From an uncultured Verrucomicrobiota bacterium (lineage in GTDB: Bacteria > Verrucomicrobiota > Kiritimatiellia > CAIKKV01 > CAITUY01), in contig CAZHRU010000004.1 in assembly GCA_964535015.1 (NCBI GenBank), positions 2,716 to 61,328 on the forward strand: 58,613 bases of DNA, written 5' to 3'. Each line of letters opens with the position of its first letter. The first letter of the stretch is position 1. The notes under the pieces were generated by a model. That model was not told where the DNA came from. It did not search any database and saw nothing but the letters and a program-made list of their open reading frames with translations. Positions 54,139 to 58,613 of the stretch are shown here, one piece after another. A program made the position numbers and the translations under genes.

Positions 54139-55349
54139 CTCCCCTTCCCCTCATCATACTCCAGCACACTCTCCAGATCCTTGTCGCCCCGCCCCGACAG
54201 ACACACCACCACCACCCCGCCCTTCCCAACCTCCACCGCCCGCTTGCGCGCCTCCGCCAACGCATGACTCGACTCCAGCGCCGGAATAATCCCCTCCAGC
54301 AAGGCCAGTTCATGGAACGCCGCCACCGCCTCCGCATCCGTGATGGCCGAATAACTCGCCCGCTTCAAATCCGCCCAGTACGCATGCTCCGGCCCGACAC
54401 CCGGATAGTCCAACCCGGCACTGATGGAGTGCGCGTTCAGAATCTGTCCCTCGTTATCCTGCAGAACATAGGACTTGCTCCCATGCAGGATACCAACCCG
54501 GCCCGCGCCAATACTGGCCGCATGCATCCCCGTCGCCACCCCAAGCCCCGCCGCCTCAACCCCCACCAACTTCACTTCCAAATCATCCAGAAACGGATAG
54601 AAGATCCCCCCCGCATTACTTCCGCCGCCGACACAGGCAATTACCATGTCCGGCAACCGCTTTTCCTGCTCAAGAATCTGCTCGCGCGCTTCCACCCCGA
54701 TCACACTCTGGAAATCCCGCACCATCACCGGATACGGATGGGGCCCCGCCACCGTGCCAATCACGTAGAACGTGGTATCCACGGCCGCCACCCACGCCCG
54801 CAACGCCTCACTCATCGCGTCCTTCAACGTCTTCGTTCCGCTCGACACGGGCACCACCCGCGCCCCCAGCAACTTCATACGTTTGACATTCGGCGCCTGC
54901 CGGTGGATATCCTCCTCGCCCATATAGACGTCGCATTCCATCCCGAAACGTGCCGCCACCGTCGCGGTCGCCACCCCGTGCTGGCCCGCCCCGGTCTCGG
55001 CCATCAACTTGCGTTTGCCCATCCTGCGCGCCAGAATCGCCTGACCCAGTGTGTTATTGATCTTGTGCGCTCCGGTGTGGTTCAGATCTTCACGCTTGAG
55101 ATAGATCTTGGCCCCCCCAAACGCCTCCGTGAGCCGTGGCGCGAAGTACAACGGCGAAGGCCGCCCCACGTAGTGCCTGAGCATCCCTCGGAACTCAGCC
55201 TCAAACGCCGGATCCGCTTGCGCCGCCATATAGGCCTTCTCCACCTCGATCAGCGCCGGCATCAGAGTTTCCGCCACATACCGCCCGCCAAACCCGTCGA
55301 AATGCCCCCCGGCATCCGGCACCGTTTTCATCACCTGTCGCTTCGTCAT
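54123..55349 (-). CDS. trpB: Tryptophan synthase beta chain
   Basis: [47 protein letters not shown]. Confidence 0.97.
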   Translation of the reverse strand: MTKRQVMKTVPDAGGHFDGFGGRYVAETLMPALIEVEKAYMAAQADPAFEAEFRGMLRHYVGRPSPLYFAPRLTEAFGGAKIYLKREDLNHTGAHKINNTLGQAILARRMGKRKLMAETGAGQHGVATATVAARFGMECDVYMGEEDIHRQAPNVKRMKLLGARVVPVSSGTKTLKDAMSEALRAWVAAVDTTFYVIGTVAGPHPYPVMVRDFQSVIGVEAREQILEQEKRLPDMVIACVGGGSNAGGIFYPFLDDLEVKLVGVEAAGLGVATGMHAASIGAGRVGILHGSKSYVLQDNEGQILNAHSISAGLDYPGVGPEHAYWADLKRASYSAITDAEAVAAFHELALLEGIIPALESSHALAEARKRAVEVGKGGVVVVCLSGRGDKDLESVLEYDEGKGRDLRL

Positions 55350-55388
55350 CTCAACCTCTCCTCTGTATCCTATCTGTGGTAAAGAAAC

Positions 55389-56009
55389 TCACCTGCCCCC
55401 GAATGCCGCCCGCGCCGCCCGGATAAACTCCGTGACCTTGCCCGGATCCTTACGCCCGGGCGCCTGCTCCACTCCACTGGCTACGTCCACCCCCAGCGGC
55501 CGAACGCGGGAAATCGCCTCAGCCACGTTATCCGGCCCCAACCCGCCCGCCAACAAGGCGGAGTACCGCCGCGCCAACGTACCCGCCGCCTCCCAGTCAA
55601 TCTTCACCCCGCTGCCACCATACCCAGGCGCCGCCGCGTCCATCACATAACGCTCCGCCTGCCACACCGCCGGGTCCGGCATCCACCGCCCCTCCTGACA
55701 TCGCGTCGCCCGCCAGGTGGCCACACCCCCCGGCGCCACGGTTCCCCCCGCCTCATCACCATGAAACTGCACCGCCCGCAACCGGCACTCCCGCACCAGT
55801 CCATCCAGAAATTCAGAAGTCTCGTTGACCACCACCGCCACCGCGGCAACCTCGCCCGGCAATCCCCGCAGAATCTCACGCAACTGCGACACCGTAATGC
55901 CTCGCGGCGATTGACGGTACAACACAAACCCAAGGCAATCCGCTCCCTGCTCCAATGCCCATCGGGCATCCGCCAGCGTCGTCAACCCGCATATCTTCAC
56001 GATTCCCAT
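55389..56009 (-). CDS. trpF: Phosphoribosylanthranilate isomerase
   Basis: VKICGLT, SPR, VQFHGDE, GGSG, LAGGL.PDNV, GVDVASGVE. Confidence 0.95.
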   Translation of the reverse strand: MGIVKICGLTTLADARWALEQGADCLGFVLYRQSPRGITVSQLREILRGLPGEVAAVAVVVNETSEFLDGLVRECRLRAVQFHGDEAGGTVAPGGVATWRATRCQEGRWMPDPAVWQAERYVMDAAAPGYGGSGVKIDWEAAGTLARRYSALLAGGLGPDNVAEAISRVRPLGVDVASGVEQAPGRKDPGKVTEFIRAARAAFGGR

Positions 56010-56019
56010 TTTCTTCCCC

Positions 56020-56046
56020 ATCCTGCCTATCCTGTCCATCCATGTT
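56020..56046. repeat. 27-bp dispersed element, copy 5
   Basis: atcctgcct atcctgtcc atccatgtt, overlapping trpC stop. Confidence 0.85.
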
Positions 56047-56821
56047 ATCCCTTCACCAGTCTCCCCAACGCCATCCCCGGCGATCTCTGCCGCAACAGCG
56101 ACTCCCCGATCAGGAACCCGTCGTATCCCGCCGCCTGCAACCCTGCGATATCCGCGCCCGTCTTGATCCCGCTTTCCGCAATGCAGATCCGATCCTCCGG
56201 TATCGCCGCCACAAGTTCATGGGCAATCGCCAGATCCGTCTTGAGTGTCTTGAGATTGCGGCTATTGACCCCGATGATCGCCCCTTTACACGCCAACGCC
56301 ACCTCCAATTCCGCCCGCGTGTGAACTTCGACAATCACCTCCAACCCCAGTTCCAGACTCTCCCGGTACAACACCTCGCATCGCCCCGGTTCCAAGGCGG
56401 CCACGATCAACAACACCACATCCGCTCCCCAGGCCGCCGCCTCCGCCAACTGATAGGCATCCCCCACAAAATCCTTGCGCAACACCGGAAGCGACACCGC
56501 CTTCCGCACCGCCCGCAAATCCGCCTCACTACCCTGAAAATGAAGCGGCTCCGTCAGCACGGAAATCCCAACCGCACCCGCCTTCTCATATCCCATCGCA
56601 ATCCGCCCCGGAGCATACGTGGCCCGCAGCAACCCGGCGGACGGACTGGCCTTCTTGACTTCCGCCACAATCCGGGGCGTCGCCACCTGCCGCAACCGAT
56701 CCACCAGACTGTGATGTGTCCGCTCCTCCGCCTCCCATAGCAAATCATTCAGGGACACCTGCTTCCTGGCCAAGGCCACCGCATCCCGCCGTTCCCTCAT
56801 AATCTGCATCAACACATTCAT
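56045..56821 (-). CDS. trpC: Indole-3-glycerol phosphate synthase
   Basis: AEVKKASPSAG, ISVLTE, LRKDF, IGVNSRNL, AESGI, LIGESL. Confidence 0.96.
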   Translation of the reverse strand: MNVLMQIMRERRDAVALARKQVSLNDLLWEAEERTHHSLVDRLRQVATPRIVAEVKKASPSAGLLRATYAPGRIAMGYEKAGAVGISVLTEPLHFQGSEADLRAVRKAVSLPVLRKDFVGDAYQLAEAAAWGADVVLLIVAALEPGRCEVLYRESLELGLEVIVEVHTRAELEVALACKGAIIGVNSRNLKTLKTDLAIAHELVAAIPEDRICIAESGIKTGADIAGLQAAGYDGFLIGESLLRQRSPGMALGRLVKG

Positions 56822-56865
56822 TCCCGCTCTCCCGAACTCCCGGTTCTTGGCAAAGGAATTTCCTC

Positions 56866-56892
56866 ATCCTGTCTATCCTGCCCATCCATGTA
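56866..56892. repeat. 27-bp dispersed element, copy 6
   Basis: atcctgtct atcctgccc atccatgta. Confidence 0.85.
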
Positions 56893-56929
56893 AAACTCCC
56901 TCCCCGGCTTTCTTGCTGGATGCCGACTC

Positions 56930-57937
56930 TTATCCTCTACTTCGCTGTACCAGCCCCGCCAACGCCTTCAGCGCCCGCCCGCTATCAATCGCCTCGCCCG
57001 CCAGCCGAAACCCTTCCTTCAGATCTTTCGCTTTGCCGCCCGCCACAATCCCCGCCGCCGCGTTCAAACAGACAATATCACGCCGGGGCCCCTTTTCTCC
57101 CCCGAGAATTGCCCGCGTGATCGCCGCATTCTCCACCGCATCGCCACCCAGCAACGACGCCGGACTCGCATAGTCCTCCATGAATTGCAGCGGATCAAGA
57201 TTGTACGTTCGGATAACCCCGTCGCGCAACTCGCTGACTCGCGTCGTGGTCGTCACCGTGATCTCATCCATGCCATCGTGCCCATGCACCACAAACACCC
57301 GCGTACTGCCCAGTCGTCGCAACACCTCGGCAAACACCTCCGTCAACTCCGGTGCAAACACCCCCAGCACCTGCCCCTTGGCACCCGCCGGATTGGTCAA
57401 CGGACCCAACAGATTGAAAATCGTCCGGAACCCCAGTTCACGCCGGGGCCCCATCGCGTGCTTCATCGCCGGATGCAGTTTCGGAGCAAACAGGAACCCA
57501 ATCCCGACCTCATGAATACACTCCTCCATGACGTCCGCCGTGGCGTCCAAATTCACCCCCAATTCGCCCAGCACATCCGCCGATCCGCATTTGCTGGTGA
57601 TGGAGCGGTTGCCGTGCTTCGCCACGGGGACCCCCGCCCCGGCCACCACAAAGGCCGCCGTCGTGGAAACGTTGAACGTCCCCAACGAATCGCCGCCCGT
57701 TCCACAGGTATCCACCACCGGCTTGCCGCGCGGATCAACAAACACCGAGTGCCGCCGCATGGAACTGCTCGCCCCGGCAATTTCCTCGATCGTCTCCCCC
57801 TTCAACTTCAAGGCCATCAGGAACGCCCCCAACTGCGCCGGCGTCGCCCCTCCTTCCATGATCACATCAAAGGCCGCCGCCGCTTCCGCCTCATTCAGAT
57901 TCTGCCGCCCAACAAACTTCTGCAGATACTCTTTCAC
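56930..57937 (-). CDS. trpD: Anthranilate phosphoribosyltransferase
   Basis: DTCGTGGD, NVST, KHGNRS, GSAD, RTIFNLLGPL.NP, GMDE. Confidence 0.97.
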   Translation of the reverse strand: MKEYLQKFVGRQNLNEAEAAAAFDVIMEGGATPAQLGAFLMALKLKGETIEEIAGASSSMRRHSVFVDPRGKPVVDTCGTGGDSLGTFNVSTTAAFVVAGAGVPVAKHGNRSITSKCGSADVLGELGVNLDATADVMEECIHEVGIGFLFAPKLHPAMKHAMGPRRELGFRTIFNLLGPLTNPAGAKGQVLGVFAPELTEVFAEVLRRLGSTRVFVVHGHDGMDEITVTTTTRVSELRDGVIRTYNLDPLQFMEDYASPASLLGGDAVENAAITRAILGGEKGPRRDIVCLNAAAGIVAGGKAKDLKEGFRLAGEAIDSGRALKALAGLVQRSRG

Positions 57938-57948
57938 CCCACCCTCCC

Positions 57949-58053
57949 ATCCTGTTTATCCTGCCTCGCCCGCCGTAATGCCTCACCAGAGGCTGTAGGC
58001 TGGGTCCATCCATGTTAACCATCCCCCATCAACCCTCAACCATTAACCATTCC
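57949..58053. repeat. 27-bp element copy 7 interrupted by about 41 bp, followed by heptamer array (CCATCAA-like)x5
   Basis: atcctgtttatcctgc...ccatccatgtt (57949-58016); ccatccc ccatcaa ccctcaa ccattaa ccattcc (58019-58053), same family as 3503-3523. Confidence 0.75.
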
Positions 58054-58611
58054 CTACCCCCCCTGCCCCACCCTCTCCACAAAGTTCCTCAACAACCGCT
58101 TCCCTGACGGCGTCAGCACCGATTCCGGGTGGAACTGCACCCCATAGGAGGGATGCGTCACATGATGCATCCCCATGATCTCGCCATCCTCACTGAACGC
58201 ATCCGCAACCAACTCCGGCGGCAACGTCTCCTTGATCACCGCCAGCGAATGATACCGCCCCGCCGGAAAGGGATTGGCCATCCCCTTGTATAACCCCGCG
58301 CCGTCGTGACTCACCTGCGAAACCTTTCCGTGCATGATCCGCTTCGCGTTGGACACCGTGGCCCCGAATGCTACCGCCATGGACTGATGCCCCAGGCACA
58401 CGCCCAGCACCGGAATCCGGCCGCTCATCCGCCGGATCAACGGCACGGAAATGCCCGCCTGCACCGGCGTGCACGGCCCGGGCGAAATCACGACCCCGGC
58501 CGGCTTCATCGCCTCCACCTGCTCCACCGTAATCGCGTCGTTCCGGAACACCCGGATGTCCGCCCCGATCGCCGCCATCATCTGCACCAGGTTGTAGGTG
58601 AACGAATCGTA
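58054..58611 (-). CDS. trpG: Anthranilate synthase component II (glutamine amidotransferase), 5' end beyond window
   Basis: YDSFTYNLVQ at window edge, ISPGP, GVCLGHQ, RYHSL, QFHPES. Confidence 0.95.
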   Translation of the reverse strand, partial: YDSFTYNLVQMMAAIGADIRVFRNDAITVEQVEAMKPAGVVISPGPCTPVQAGISVPLIRRMSGRIPVLGVCLGHQSMAVAFGATVSNAKRIMHGKVSQVSHDGAGLYKGMANPFPAGRYHSLAVIKETLPPELVADAFSEDGEIMGMHHVTHPSYGVQFHPESVLTPSGKRLLRNFVERVGQGG

Positions 58612-58613
58612 GT

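Overview
GC-rich bacterial chromosomal window; the gene content and protein style suggest a PVC-superphylum anaerobe such as Kiritimatiellota/Lentisphaerae (inference, not verified). In order: (1) a minus-strand PilC/GspF gene plus six prepilin-type genes and a PilX/GspK-like gene, bracketed by REP-like palindromic repeats; (2) housekeeping genes (malic enzyme, dusB, rpmB, mnmA, leuB, asd, tRNA-Leu, grpE, gnd, SDR, mutY); (3) a protein that follows the plant Whirly ssDNA-binding motif order, divergent from a sigma-like gene and an unknown partner; (4) a YihY-cNMP fusion; (5) a nine-gene arsenic-type operon (arsR with operator palindrome, ArsP-like permease, two thioredoxin-fold proteins, ProC-like reductase, CcdA, Acr3, ArsC) carrying an MtrA-like corrinoid protein translationally coupled between acr3 and arsC; (6) a PilMNOP-secretin operon with an inserted lipoprotein and a 1981-aa adhesin-like protein; (7) a family 1 encapsulin/encapsulated ferritin pair abutting an ExeA-type ATPase and a hybrid kinase; (8) RNA methyltransferases and the trpGDCFBA operon, cut at the window end. 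Dispersed micro-repeats (a 27-bp 3x9 element and nine 7-bp-period arrays) sit at gene junctions and supply start codons, leaders or C-termini. Best candidates for new biology: the corrinoid-containing ars operon and the bacterial Whirly-like locus. All calls come from reading motifs by eye; no database searches were run.
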